Shown here: piece by piece, positions 22,106 through 31,644 of the stretch
How positions within the stretch are numbered: the stretch's first letter is position 1
Layout: every line of letters starts with the position of its first letter
Assembly: GCA_040768745.1 (NCBI GenBank)
Contig: JAXGMI010000002.1
Coordinates: 608,001 to 672,000 of the forward strand
Reading direction: 5' to 3'
Source of the DNA: Desulfomicrobium sp.
GTDB lineage: Bacteria > Desulfobacterota > Desulfovibrionia > Desulfovibrionales > Desulfomicrobiaceae
Length of the DNA stretch: 64,000 nt
Notes under the pieces: model-generated
Databases searched by the model: none
What the model saw: the letters and a program-made list of their open reading frames with translations, nothing else
Told to the model about the DNA's origin: nothing
Translations under genes and position numbers: made by a program

Positions 22106-23136
22106 TGCTCCACCTCGCACAGGGTATAGTCCATGGTTCTACGTCTGGGAGTGAAACCGGCCCGTTCCACCAGACTGCGCAGTTCCCGCTCAGGGAGTCG
22201 GAAATGGACGCCTGTGGCCGCGACCACATTCTCCTCCAGCATGGTCGAACCAAAATCATTGGCCCCCCAGAACAAGGCCAACTGGCCGACCTTGGGCCCC
22301 TGAGTGACCCAGGAGGCCTGGATGTTGTCGATGTTGTCGAGATAAAGGCGACAGAGGGCCAGGAATTTCAGATATTCGTGGGAAGAGGTTTCTGGCATCT
22401 CCATGCGCGTATTGCGGGGCTGGAAGGTCCAGGGGATGAAGGCCGTGAATCCTCCGGTGCGATCCTGCAGGTCGCGCAGGCTGTCCAGATGTGCGATGCG
22501 CTGTTCAAACGTCTCCCCCTGGCCGAACATCATGGTCGCCGTTGTCCGCATACCCAGGGAGTGGGCCGTCTCCATGACCGAAAGCCACTGCCCGGACGTG
22601 CATTTGCGCGGCGAAACGCGACGGCGCACTTCGTCCACCAGGATCTCAGCCCCGCCTCCTGGCACGGAGTCGAGCCCGGCCTCCCGCAAATCTGTTAAAA
22701 TGTCCGCCACGGACCGATGTTCGCGCTGGCTCAAAAACCAGATTTCAGAAGGGGAAAATCCGTGCACGGCCACCTGCGGGAAATGACTCTTCAGGGTGGA
22801 CAGCAAGTCCGTGTAGTAGCCCAGGGGCAGGTCGGGGTTCATGCCGCCCTGGAGCAGGATCTGGTATCCCCCCACGTCCACGGTCTCCTGGACCTTGGCC
22901 AGGATCTCCCGGGTGGGCAGGACATAGCCGCCCTCTTCGCCCGGGCTTTTGAAAAACGCGCAGAACGTGCAGCCCGACACGCAAACATTGGTGTAATTGA
23001 TGTTTCGATCCACAATGTATGTCACGATCCCCTGGGGGTGCATGGCCAGACGGCGCTCATGGGCCAACGCGCCCAGGGAGAAGACAGTATGCATGTCCCA
23101 AACATAGCGGGCCTCATTCGCGTGCAGTCGTTTCAT
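22102..23136 (-). CDS. mqnC: Cyclic dehypoxanthinyl futalosine synthase (radical SAM)
   Basis: YIVDRNINYTNVCVSGCTFCAF, PGGGAEIL and GANDFGSTMLEENVV. Confidence 0.9.
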   Translation of the reverse strand: MKRLHANEARYVWDMHTVFSLGALAHERRLAMHPQGIVTYIVDRNINYTNVCVSGCTFCAFFKSPGEEGGYVLPTREILAKVQETVDVGGYQILLQGGMNPDLPLGYYTDLLSTLKSHFPQVAVHGFSPSEIWFLSQREHRSVADILTDLREAGLDSVPGGGAEILVDEVRRRVSPRKCTSGQWLSVMETAHSLGMRTTATMMFGQGETFEQRIAHLDSLRDLQDRTGGFTAFIPWTFQPRNTRMEMPETSSHEYLKFLALCRLYLDNIDNIQASWVTQGPKVGQLALFWGANDFGSTMLEENVVAATGVHFRLPERELRSLVERAGFTPRRRTMDYTLCEVEQ

Positions 23137-23251
23137 GGCTCTTCCTTCATGTACAGCGGGATGGGCAAGTGCTAGCTTCTGGCCGGGCAGATGGTCAAGG
23201 CCCTTGCCAAACCTTGACCCTTGTGGTTCAAGACGGCCACACGAGGGAAAT

Positions 23252-23710
23252 ATGAGCATAACCGTATTCGACTGCCAGATGTGCGGACATTGCTGCCACG
23301 GCCAGGGCGGCATCGTGGTTTCTGCGCCCGAACGCCAACGCCTGGCAGAATATCTGGGCCTTTCTGAAGAGGATTTCTGCGCCACCTACACCCAGACCCA
23401 GGACAAGAAGCTGGTGCTGCGCAGCCGCGGGGACGGGTTCTGCATCTTTTTTGACGCTGTCACGGCCTGCACCGTCCATCCCGCCAAACCCGACGTCTGC
23501 CGGGCCTGGCCTTTCTTCAGAGGCAATCTGGTCGACGCGGTGAGCTGGGAAATGGCCCAGGACTATTGCCCGGGCATCCGTCCCGACACGGGTCACGCTG
23601 AATTCGCCCGCCAGGGTAGAGCCTACCTCATCGAAAACAAACTGACCAAAAACGGCCGCGAGGACGAGGCCAACGCCCTGCACCTTCCCGGACTGACGGA
23701 CAAGGACTGA
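23252..23710 (+). CDS. YkgJ family cysteine-cluster protein
   Basis: FDCQMCGHCC, CIFF, CTVHPAKPDVCRAWPF and CPG. Confidence 0.88.
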   Translation: MSITVFDCQMCGHCCHGQGGIVVSAPERQRLAEYLGLSEEDFCATYTQTQDKKLVLRSRGDGFCIFFDAVTACTVHPAKPDVCRAWPFFRGNLVDAVSWEMAQDYCPGIRPDTGHAEFARQGRAYLIENKLTKNGREDEANALHLPGLTDKD

Positions 23711-24444
23711 TGCGCCTCTCCGAATGCCGAGCCCTGCTGGAAGTTCCGCCTGACGCCGACCTTGACGAGATCAAGGCCAGCTACCGCAAGCTGGCCTTCA
23801 AATACCACCCCGACCTGCACCCCGGAGACACCCAGGCGGCCCAGCGTTTCAGCCGTCTGAACCAGGCCTACGTCATCCTGAAAAAGAACCTGGATGACAC
23901 CACCGACCCTTCCGGGAAAAAGGTGTATGACGCGGAAACCATCCGCCAGGAGGAGGAGGACAAGGTCAAGGGGGGGAAACCCCGGCGGCCGAGCGCCTTT
24001 TACGCCAGACAGGAGGAAGTGCTCAAAGACATCCTCAACGACCCGTTCGCCAAGCAGGTGTTCGAGGACATCTTCAGCAAGCTCAAGCGCGGGGTCGATC
24101 CCAACGAACCCCGGTCAGGAGAAGGCCAGGGCAAAACCCCCGGTCTCCAATGGGAGCGCCATCCGTTGAGCCTTGATCGGGGACGGAGTTTGGTCAAGGC
24201 CCTCAAAGATTGGGCCATTCGCCAGCTCGACGACCACCAGACTGTGCACATGCCGGCCCGCAATCTGATCCCCGGCACCACCCTGCTTGTGCAGATCAAG
24301 CACCGTTTTGACCCCGATCCCAGAAGCATCGAAGTCACGCTGCCGCCCGATTTTGTCGTTGGCCGCCCCATCCGCCTGACCGGTCAGGGTCGCCGGATCG
24401 GCCAGTGGCGCGGGGATCTCTACCTCCGCCTTCTCGCCAGGTAG
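23710..24444 (+). CDS. DnaJ (J-domain) protein
   Basis: IKASYRKLAFKYHPD J-domain; C-terminal IRLTGQG...GDLYL. Confidence 0.88.
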   Translation: MRLSECRALLEVPPDADLDEIKASYRKLAFKYHPDLHPGDTQAAQRFSRLNQAYVILKKNLDDTTDPSGKKVYDAETIRQEEEDKVKGGKPRRPSAFYARQEEVLKDILNDPFAKQVFEDIFSKLKRGVDPNEPRSGEGQGKTPGLQWERHPLSLDRGRSLVKALKDWAIRQLDDHQTVHMPARNLIPGTTLLVQIKHRFDPDPRSIEVTLPPDFVVGRPIRLTGQGRRIGQWRGDLYLRLLAR

Positions 24445-24564
24445 CCGGCCAGGCGGCATCGGCTGAATACGTCGGGTGTCCGCTGCAGCCCTCCTTGAGC
24501 ACACTTGTGCGCCTTGTGGCCGGTCCTGATCTCACGCAAAAGGGATGGGCGGACATCAGTCGGA

Positions 24565-26103
24565 CTAGCCCATGGGCTCCTCAAGCAAACTCTTGCCTGT
24601 CATCTCCGCCGGCTGAGGCAATCCCAGGATGTCCAGGATGGTCGGGGCCACATCCGCCAGTCGGCCATCCCGGACATGCACGTTTCTGGACCCTACATAG
24701 ACAAAGGGCACTGGGTTGAGGCTGTGCGCGGTTTTGGCATTGCCCGATTCGTCGAGCATGTCTTCGGCATTGCCGTGGTCTGCAGTAACCAGCAGGGTTC
24801 CCCCGAGGCGGGCCAACGCATCCACGACCAGCCCCAGGCATTCGTCCACCGCCTCGCAGGCCTTCACTGCCGCAGCAATGATCCCAGTGTGTCCGACCAT
24901 GTCCAGGTTGGCGAAATTGCACACCACAAAATCATACTGCCCGGATTCAAGGGCATCCAGCAGGGTCCCGGTGACCTGCCGCACGCTCATCTCCGGCTTC
25001 AAATCATAGGTGGGCACCTCCTTGGGAGAAGGTACGAGTTTTCGCTCCTCGCCTGGAAAGGGCGTCTCCACGCCGCCATTGAAAAAATAGGTCACATGGG
25101 CGTATTTTTCCGTTTCTGCCGTGCGCAGCTGGCGCAGGCCGTTTTCCGAAACGACCTGTCCCAGGATGCGGTCCATGCTTTCTGGCGGGAAAAGGACCGG
25201 AAAATCAAAATTTTTGTCATAGCGGGTCATGGTCACGAAGCTGCTGAAGCGGACCCTTTTTCCGCGTGCGAAACCCGTAAACGCATCCTCGGTCAGGGCC
25301 CGGGTCAACTCTCGGGCACGGTCTGCCCGGAAGTTGTAAAAGAGCACCGCGTCACCGTCATTGATCAGGCCGGAAGGTGCGCCATCCCGCACTACCACCC
25401 GGGGCAGCACGAATTCGTCATTCTCCCCGCTGGCATAGGCGTCCTGAACCGCCTGTGTCGCGCTTTCAACCAGCAGGCCCTGACCCACGGTCAAGGCGTT
25501 GTAGGCCCGTTCAACCCGCTCCCAGCGCTGATCCCGATCCATGGCATAGTAGCGGCCAGTGACCGTGGCTATGCGCCCCACCCCCATGCGGGCCAGGGAG
25601 GCTTCGAGTTCCTCGACATACCCCCATCCGCTCCGGGGCGGGGTGTCCCGTCCGTCAAGAAACGCATGCACGCAGATGTCCGAGATCCCCTGGTTGGCCA
25701 GGGCCTGCACCAACGCCTCCAGATGGTTTAGCATGCTGTGCACGCCGCCATCGGAAACCAGCCCCAGGAAATGAACCCGGCCCGTGGCGGCCTTGGCCTT
25801 TGCAGCCAGGTCGAGGAGCGCAGGATTTGTGGCCAGGCTATGGTCTTCGATGGCCATGTTGATGCGCACGATGTCCTGGTACACGATGCGCCCGGCGCCG
25901 AGATTGAGATGACCCACCTCGGAATTGCCCATGAGCCCGGCGGGAAGGCCGACATCCAGCCCCATGCACTTGAGCTCCCCATGGGGATGCTGGGCAAACA
26001 GGCGGTCCATATGCGGGGTGGCGGCCAGGCTGACGGCGTTGCCCGGTCCTGACGCAGCCTTGCCCCAGCCGTCCAGAATAAGGAGTACGCAAGGTCTGGT
26101 CAT
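24565..26103 (-). CDS. gpmI: 2,3-bisphosphoglycerate-independent phosphoglycerate mutase
   Basis: LILDGWG, MGNSEVGH, GRYYAMDRD, AETEKYAHVT and TADHGNAE. Confidence 0.97.
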   Translation of the reverse strand: MTRPCVLLILDGWGKAASGPGNAVSLAATPHMDRLFAQHPHGELKCMGLDVGLPAGLMGNSEVGHLNLGAGRIVYQDIVRINMAIEDHSLATNPALLDLAAKAKAATGRVHFLGLVSDGGVHSMLNHLEALVQALANQGISDICVHAFLDGRDTPPRSGWGYVEELEASLARMGVGRIATVTGRYYAMDRDQRWERVERAYNALTVGQGLLVESATQAVQDAYASGENDEFVLPRVVVRDGAPSGLINDGDAVLFYNFRADRARELTRALTEDAFTGFARGKRVRFSSFVTMTRYDKNFDFPVLFPPESMDRILGQVVSENGLRQLRTAETEKYAHVTYFFNGGVETPFPGEERKLVPSPKEVPTYDLKPEMSVRQVTGTLLDALESGQYDFVVCNFANLDMVGHTGIIAAAVKACEAVDECLGLVVDALARLGGTLLVTADHGNAEDMLDESGNAKTAHSLNPVPFVYVGSRNVHVRDGRLADVAPTILDILGLPQPAEMTGKSLLEEPMG

Positions 26104-26459
26104 GGCTGTGGCTCCGTCTCGTTTTCAGTCAGGGCAAAGGCTGGCGCCTTGGCATAGAGTCCCTCCACGTTATACAGGGAACGCACCTCTTCCTGAAAAA
26201 TGTGGACGATGACGTCGTTGCAGTCGACCAGCACCCATTGACCGTTGCGGAGGCCTTCGACGCCAAGAAGCTTCCAGTTCTTCTCCCCAAGTCGCTGCAT
26301 GAGTTCATCCGCCAGGGCCTGGGCATGCCGGGCCGACCTGGCCGTGACAAAAATCATGGCTTCTGTCAGCGGGGAGAGCCCCCGCACGTCCAGAGCCTGG
26401 ATGGCTGTTCCTTTTTTCTCCGCAAGCCAGGTCACATACTGACTGATTTTATCTTTCAT
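26100..26459 (-). CDS. rsfS: Ribosome silencing factor RsfS
   Basis: EKKG...LDV and WVLVDCNDVIVHIFQEEVRSLYNVEGL. Confidence 0.92.
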   Translation of the reverse strand: MKDKISQYVTWLAEKKGTAIQALDVRGLSPLTEAMIFVTARSARHAQALADELMQRLGEKNWKLLGVEGLRNGQWVLVDCNDVIVHIFQEEVRSLYNVEGLYAKAPAFALTENETEPQP

Positions 26460-26731
26460 AGATTTCCGCTTTTCGCTCCGTGAGGGGTGTCAAAGATGAA
26501 CGCCGCTGGTCTATGTCAATTCCTCCTCTAGGGCAATGAGGCAAACCTTGACGAATGGCGCCGGGCAAGGCATTGCATCCAGCATGCATGCGAGTGCCTT
26601 TTCCCCCATTTTTCCCATAGTTACCGGCCCCTCACGGGGATGGGCCACGGCGTAGCGCGCAGGAGTGAACAATTCTCCATGCCGTGGACAGCCCCATGTT
26701 CGCGGCTTTTCTTTTTCAACGGAGGTTAACC

Positions 26732-28033
26732 ATGCTTTTCGATGTGTCGAACGAAACCATGCCCAGGGAAGAGCTGGATGCCCTGCAGTTGCGTCGACTC
26801 AAATCCATGGTCGATAGGGTGTACTACAACGTGCCCTTCTACCAGAAACGATTCGATGAAATGGGCATAAAGCCGGAACAGGTCCGCTCCCTGAACGATC
26901 TCAAGTACCTGCCCTTTACCGAGAAGCAGGACCTGCGCAACAACTACCCCTTCGGCCTCTTTGCCGTGCCCCGGGACAATGTGGTCCGTGTCCACGCTTC
27001 CTCCGGAACCACGGGCAAGGCCACGGTGGTCGGCTACACGCAGCGCGACGTGAACACCTGGGCCGAGCTGATGGCCAGGTCCCTCATGGCCGCAGGGGCC
27101 ACCCGCCGCGACATCGTCCACAACGCCTACGGCTATGGCCTCTTCACCGGAGGTTTGGGCATGCATTACGGCGTGGAGCGACTGGGCGCGACCATCCTGC
27201 CCATCTCCGGCGGCAGCACGCGGCGCCAGGTCATGCTCATGCGCGACTTCGGCTCCACCATCCTCTGCAGCACGCCCTCCTACGCCCTGTTCCTCTACGA
27301 ATCCATTCTGGAGGCAGGGATCAGCATCGCCGACATGAAGCTGCATACAGGCATCTTCGGGGCTGAGCCCTGGAGCGAGAAGATGCGCGCCGAAATCGAG
27401 GACAAACTGCAGATCAGGGCCCTGGATATCTATGGTCTGTCAGAAATCATGGGGCCAGGCGTGGGCATGGAATGCTCTGACGCCCAGGACGGCCTGCATA
27501 TCTGGGAGGACCATTTCCTCATCGAAATCATCGATCCCGATTCAGGGGAACAACTCCCCATGGGCGAAACCGGAGAACTGGTCATCACCACCATCACCAA
27601 GGAAGCCCAGCCCCTGATCCGCTACCGCACCAGGGATATCACCCGCATCAACCCCATTCCCTGCCGTTGCGGCCGCACCCACCGCCGCATCTCCCGCATC
27701 CAGGGCCGCAGCGACGACATGCTCATCATCCGCGGCGTGAACGTCTTCCCGCAGCAGATCGAAGCCATCCTGCTGGAAACTCAGGGCATCGCCCCGCACT
27801 ACCAGCTCATTCTGAACCGGGAGGGCAGCCTGGACACCCTGGAAGTCAAGGTCGAGGTGGACGAAAAGCTCTTCTCCGACGAAATCAAGCATTTACAGCG
27901 GATAGAGGGCAAGATACAAAAGAACATCAAGGAATTCCTGGGCGTCACCGCCAAGGTGACCCTCTCCGAACCCAGGAGCATCGAGCGCTCCGAAGGCAAG
28001 GCCAAGCGCATCATTGACCTGCGCAACTCCTAA
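26732..28033 (+). CDS. paaK: Phenylacetate-CoA ligase family protein
   Basis: [27 protein letters not shown] and [24 protein letters not shown]. Confidence 0.9.
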   Translation: MLFDVSNETMPREELDALQLRRLKSMVDRVYYNVPFYQKRFDEMGIKPEQVRSLNDLKYLPFTEKQDLRNNYPFGLFAVPRDNVVRVHASSGTTGKATVVGYTQRDVNTWAELMARSLMAAGATRRDIVHNAYGYGLFTGGLGMHYGVERLGATILPISGGSTRRQVMLMRDFGSTILCSTPSYALFLYESILEAGISIADMKLHTGIFGAEPWSEKMRAEIEDKLQIRALDIYGLSEIMGPGVGMECSDAQDGLHIWEDHFLIEIIDPDSGEQLPMGETGELVITTITKEAQPLIRYRTRDITRINPIPCRCGRTHRRISRIQGRSDDMLIIRGVNVFPQQIEAILLETQGIAPHYQLILNREGSLDTLEVKVEVDEKLFSDEIKHLQRIEGKIQKNIKEFLGVTAKVTLSEPRSIERSEGKAKRIIDLRNS

Positions 28034-28087
28034 ACACCGGACAGGCGCGTCAGACTCCGCGCCCCCAACCCTTGAACGGGAGGAATC

Positions 28088-28519
28088 ATGAAAGTCGAGC
28101 AGATTTCCGTTTTTCTGGAGAACAGGGCCGGCCGCCTGGCCGAAGTGACCAAGACCCTGGCCGAGAACAGTATCAATATCCGCGCCCTGTCCCTGGCCGA
28201 CACATCGGACTTCGGCATCCTCCGCCTCATCGTCACGGACAACGAAAAGGCCAAGGAGGCCCTCAAGGCCAAGGGGTTCACGGTGGGCCGGACCAATGTC
28301 GTGGCCGCCGAGGTCAGCGACCAGCCGGGAGGGCTGCATGCCATCCTGGAAATGCTCAACGCCGGCAGAGTGAATGTCGAGTACATGTACGCCTTTGTGA
28401 CCCAGAGCGGCCGCAACGCCATACTCATCTTCCGTTTCGACCGCACGGACCAGGCCATAGAGGTCCTGCACAAAAACAATGTCCGCATCCTCTCCGGAGA
28501 GGAACTCTATTCCCTGTAG
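28088..28519 (+). CDS. Tandem ACT domain protein
   Basis: [20 protein letters not shown] and NVEYMYAF; usual partner of paaK-like genes. Confidence 0.9.
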   Translation: MKVEQISVFLENRAGRLAEVTKTLAENSINIRALSLADTSDFGILRLIVTDNEKAKEALKAKGFTVGRTNVVAAEVSDQPGGLHAILEMLNAGRVNVEYMYAFVTQSGRNAILIFRFDRTDQAIEVLHKNNVRILSGEELYSL

Positions 28520-28527
28520 GCGTCCCC

Positions 28528-28550
28528 GGGCCGGTCCGCCGGCCCTTTTC
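28528..28550 (+). terminator. Intrinsic terminator after the ACT gene
   Basis: GGGCCGG-TCCG-CCGGCCC-TTTTC. Confidence 0.65.
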
Positions 28551-28679
28551 TTCCCCGCCTTGCTCTGCTCCCTGCGTCCATCCTGCCCCGTGGCCTTCCT
28601 GGAAAGTCCGCAACGCCCCCTGCAGGTCCAGGGATCGTTGATCCCCGCGCTTTCGTGCATCGGGCAGGACATCCATCCG

Positions 28680-28979
28680 TCAGAGCATTTCCTCCATCTG
28701 GGCAAAGAAATCCCCGCGCTCAAAGGTCGGCCCGTATGCCGCCTCCAGACGGTCCAAGCTCCCGAGAAACGCCTCCCATCCTTCGATCTCCTCGATTTTC
28801 CTTTTGTCGCTGAAGATTTTGAAACGCGTCCCCCGTGGACATTTGGTCATGTTGATCTCGAAGCTGTGCCCCGGAGTGTAGACCGTCCAGTAGGCCGACC
28901 AACTGGTGCGGTCCCCTTCGGTCTTCTTGAATTTTTCAAAGTATGCTTCGAACACCTCGACGATTTTTTGTGCATCCAT
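28680..28979 (-). CDS. Hypothetical protein (99 aa)
   Basis: GGAGG RBS before ATG 28979; fills the gap between flanking genes; protein-like composition. Confidence 0.65.
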   Translation of the reverse strand: MDAQKIVEVFEAYFEKFKKTEGDRTSWSAYWTVYTPGHSFEINMTKCPRGTRFKIFSDKRKIEEIEGWEAFLGSLDRLEAAYGPTFERGDFFAQMEEML

Positions 28980-29100
28980 GTTTTCCTCCATCTGAAAAAG
29001 GGGCAATGTTTGCATAAGGATCCATCCCTTGTCTGGCCAGACGCCTACTCCCAAGCGCATTTCCTGCTTTCCCAAATTGGCCTTTGACCCAGGTGGCGAT

Positions 29101-29117
29101 AATTGGTAGGACCAATT
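29101..29117. promoter_or_regulatory. FadR/LldR/PdhR-type operator
   Basis: Perfect AATTGGT-AGG-ACCAATT palindrome just upstream of the FadR-type gene. Confidence 0.85.
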
Positions 29118-29132
29118 TTACGAGGAACTCCA

Positions 29133-29837
29133 GTGATCGCCCCACTCCGACAAAAACGCCTGTACGAGGAAATCACGGCGCAGCTGCGAAAGCTGGTGCA
29201 CAACGGCGCGTTTTGTCCCGGCGACCGTCTGCCTCCTGAACGGCAGTTGGCCCACATGTTCAAGGTCTCCCGCAATTCCGTGCGCGAGGCCATCAAAAGC
29301 CTTGAGCAGCAAGGGGTATTGGTCAGCAAACCAGGAGCCGGAACGTTCATCGCACCCACCAGTCAGGCAGATCTCACCACTGCCCTGGGGGAAGCATTCG
29401 CCCGTGAACGGCATCGACTGGCTGATATTTTCGAGCTTCGCCTCCTGCTTGAACCGCAGATCGCCTCCCTTGCGGCCCAGCGGGTCACAGACCAGGACCT
29501 CGCCCTGCTCGGGAACCTCATGGACGCCTATGCCGAGGCCCTGGCTCAAGGCCAGCCCGTTCGCAGGCTGGACCAGGAATTTCACGACGCCATTGCAGCG
29601 GCAACCAAAAATCAATCCATCACCTTGCTCATGGAACGGATGCAGGGCCTTTTGGAGGAAAGCCGGGACGAGGCCCTGCAATCGCCTGACAGGAACCGGG
29701 AGTCTTTGGAAGGGCATCGGCGCATTCTGGACGCCCTGTGCCGCACGGACCCTGACGATGCGAGGACCGCTATGGCTACCCATCTCATCCACACTCGCGG
29801 TCGTGTCTTCAACTCAAACCTGGAGATTGAACAATGA
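29133..29837 (+). CDS. GntR/FadR family transcriptional regulator (LldR-like)
   Basis: PGDRLPPERQLA...VSRNSVREA wHTH and FCD domain (FH..IA.A..N); GTG start after GAGGA. Confidence 0.92.
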   Translation: MIAPLRQKRLYEEITAQLRKLVHNGAFCPGDRLPPERQLAHMFKVSRNSVREAIKSLEQQGVLVSKPGAGTFIAPTSQADLTTALGEAFARERHRLADIFELRLLLEPQIASLAAQRVTDQDLALLGNLMDAYAEALAQGQPVRRLDQEFHDAIAAATKNQSITLLMERMQGLLEESRDEALQSPDRNRESLEGHRRILDALCRTDPDDARTAMATHLIHTRGRVFNSNLEIEQ

Positions 29838-30847
29838 AGGATATTCGCAAACACGCTCGGGACCTGATGAGCGGGTATTGCCGGGTCTGCCCCGTCTGCA
29901 ACGGGAAGGCCTGTGCTGGGGAAGTGCCCGGCATGGGTGGACTGGGCACGGGATCGGCGTTCATGGCCAATGTCGCGGCCCTGGCCCGGTACACCTTCAA
30001 CATGCGTCTTGTGCATGAGATCAGCGAGCCTGACACCCGCGTTTCTCTCCTCGGCCTGGATCTCTCCCTGCCTGTGCTGGCCGCGCCCATCGGAGGCGTG
30101 TCCTTCAACATGGGCGGCAAGCGCACCGAAGAGGAATACATCACCGCCATCATTGACGGCTGCAGGCAGTGTGGCACTATCGGCTGCACCGGTGACGGTG
30201 TGCCGCCCTTCATCCACGAGGCCGGATTTGCTGCCATCTCCAGGGCCCAAGGATGGGGCATACCGTTCATCAAACCCTGGGAGGACAAGGAGCTCTATGA
30301 CAAGCTCGCCAAGGCCAGGGATTGCGGGGCAGTGGCCATCGGGATGGACATCGATGCCGCCGGACTGATCACCCTGCGCAAGATGGGCCGGCCAGTCACG
30401 CCCAAGTCCTTGGATGCATTGCGGCAAATCGTCGCCAAAGTGGGCACGAAATTCATTCTCAAAGGCGTCATGACCGTGCAGGACGCCGAAATGGCCCTGG
30501 AGGCCGGGACGGACGCCATCGTCGTGTCCAACCACGGCGGCCGGGTGCTGGACCATACCCCTGGGACAGCCGAAGTGCTGCCCGGGATCGCCGGACGCCT
30601 GAAAGGCAAAATGGACATCCTGGTGGACGGAGGCGTGCGCACAGGGGCAGACGTGCTGAAGATGCTGGCCCTGGGCGCCGATGCAGTCCTCATCGGGCGG
30701 CCTTTCAGCATTTGCGCCATGGGCGGCCTGACCGACGGAGTGGCGGCCTTCATCGAATCCCTGCGCACGGAGCTCATGCAGGCCATGGTCATGACCGGCA
30801 CGCCCAGCGTGGACAAGGTTTCGGACCGCATCCTGTACCGCAGCTGA
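29834..30847 (+). CDS. FMN-dependent alpha-hydroxy-acid oxidizing enzyme (L-lactate dehydrogenase-like)
   Basis: ILKGV, VVSNHGGRVLD, VDGGVRTGADVLKMLALGA; N-terminal CRVCPVC. Confidence 0.92.
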   Translation: MKDIRKHARDLMSGYCRVCPVCNGKACAGEVPGMGGLGTGSAFMANVAALARYTFNMRLVHEISEPDTRVSLLGLDLSLPVLAAPIGGVSFNMGGKRTEEEYITAIIDGCRQCGTIGCTGDGVPPFIHEAGFAAISRAQGWGIPFIKPWEDKELYDKLAKARDCGAVAIGMDIDAAGLITLRKMGRPVTPKSLDALRQIVAKVGTKFILKGVMTVQDAEMALEAGTDAIVVSNHGGRVLDHTPGTAEVLPGIAGRLKGKMDILVDGGVRTGADVLKMLALGADAVLIGRPFSICAMGGLTDGVAAFIESLRTELMQAMVMTGTPSVDKVSDRILYRS

Positions 30848-30863
30848 CCTGAAGTGAACGCTG

Positions 30864-30892
30864 AAAAAACGAACGGGCCGCATCCGGCCCGT
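30864..30892 (-). terminator. Hairpin between convergent genes
   Basis: ACGGGCCG-CATC-CGGCCCGT with an adjacent A-tract. Confidence 0.55.
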
Positions 30893-30899
30893 CCGCGCT

Positions 30900-31202
30900 T
30901 CATTCGACGTATTTGAGCCCTGTTTCGTAAACAGGCAGACCCCGCTCGGGAATCTTTCTGGTCCAGCACACGGCCATCAGGTAGCGCTCGAATTCCCCCA
31001 GGGAATCCCTGTCCGGACTGTATCCTTCCAGGGAGAGTTCCAGCCGGACGCCATCCTCAATGGGGGTGCGGGTCCTCAGACACAGGCCGCCATCGCCGTA
31101 ATTGATCAGCCTGGCGTAGAATGTCTGCTTTTCCCCTGCGTAGGTGTATCGCACCGGGACGAGACAGCCCTTGCGGATGTGGATCCGCTTGTTTTCAGAC
31201 AT
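30900..31202 (-). CDS. PilZ domain protein
   Basis: KRIHIRK (RxxxR) and INYGDGGL ([D/N]xSxxG-like); GLKY C-terminus. Confidence 0.75.
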   Translation of the reverse strand: MSENKRIHIRKGCLVPVRYTYAGEKQTFYARLINYGDGGLCLRTRTPIEDGVRLELSLEGYSPDRDSLGEFERYLMAVCWTRKIPERGLPVYETGLKYVE

Positions 31203-31396
31203 GGACAGTTCTCCGCTTTGCCCTGGACCACCAGTTCGGCATTGGTCCCATGTTGATCCTGTGGGTGGCACTTACCTCATTCCGCGCCAAGTCGCAAACT
31301 GGCAAAATGGGCAGCGCCCTGAAATTGTACTTGCCATTTGTCCGGGCCGACTATAATAACCGACTTCGCTTTCGGGCACACCCCATAAGCGCTCAT

Positions 31397-31473
31397 GGCG
31401 AGGTAGCTCAGACGGTTAGAGCATGCGGCTCATATCCGCAGTGTCGGGGGTTCAATTCCCTCCCTCGCTACCA
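31397..31473 (+). tRNA. tRNA-Met(CAT), probably elongator
   Basis: GGCGAGGTAGCTCAGACGGTTAGAGCATGCGGCTCATATCCGCAGTGTCGGGGGTTCAATTCCCTCCCTCGCTACCA; lacks the initiator C1 mismatch and the three G-C anticodon-stem pairs. Confidence 0.93.
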
Positions 31474-31481
31474 AATAAAGT

Positions 31482-31517
31482 AAAGGACTCCGGCCAGTTG
31501 GCCAGAGTCCTTTTTTA
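31482..31517 (+). terminator. Intrinsic terminator after tRNA-Met
   Basis: AAAGGACTC-CGGCCAGTTGGCCA-GAGTCCTTTTTT. Confidence 0.8.
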
Positions 31518-31576
31518 TATTCTTTCCATTTGGTCAACCATTGCAGGCGGACGTTAGCGCGAGTGATCTCCTTTAT

Positions 31577-31643
31577 TCCTATCGCTGGTTCTATCGCTGC
31601 CTCAGTCGCTGGCTCTATCCTCCTCCCATCCACCTCCCATCCC
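31577..31643. repeat. Degenerate 12-bp tandem repeat followed by a 10-bp duplication
   Basis: TCCTATCGCTGG / TTCTATCGCTGC / CTCAGTCGCTGG / CTCTATCC, then CCTCCCATCC twice. Confidence 0.55.
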
Positions 31644-31644
31644 C

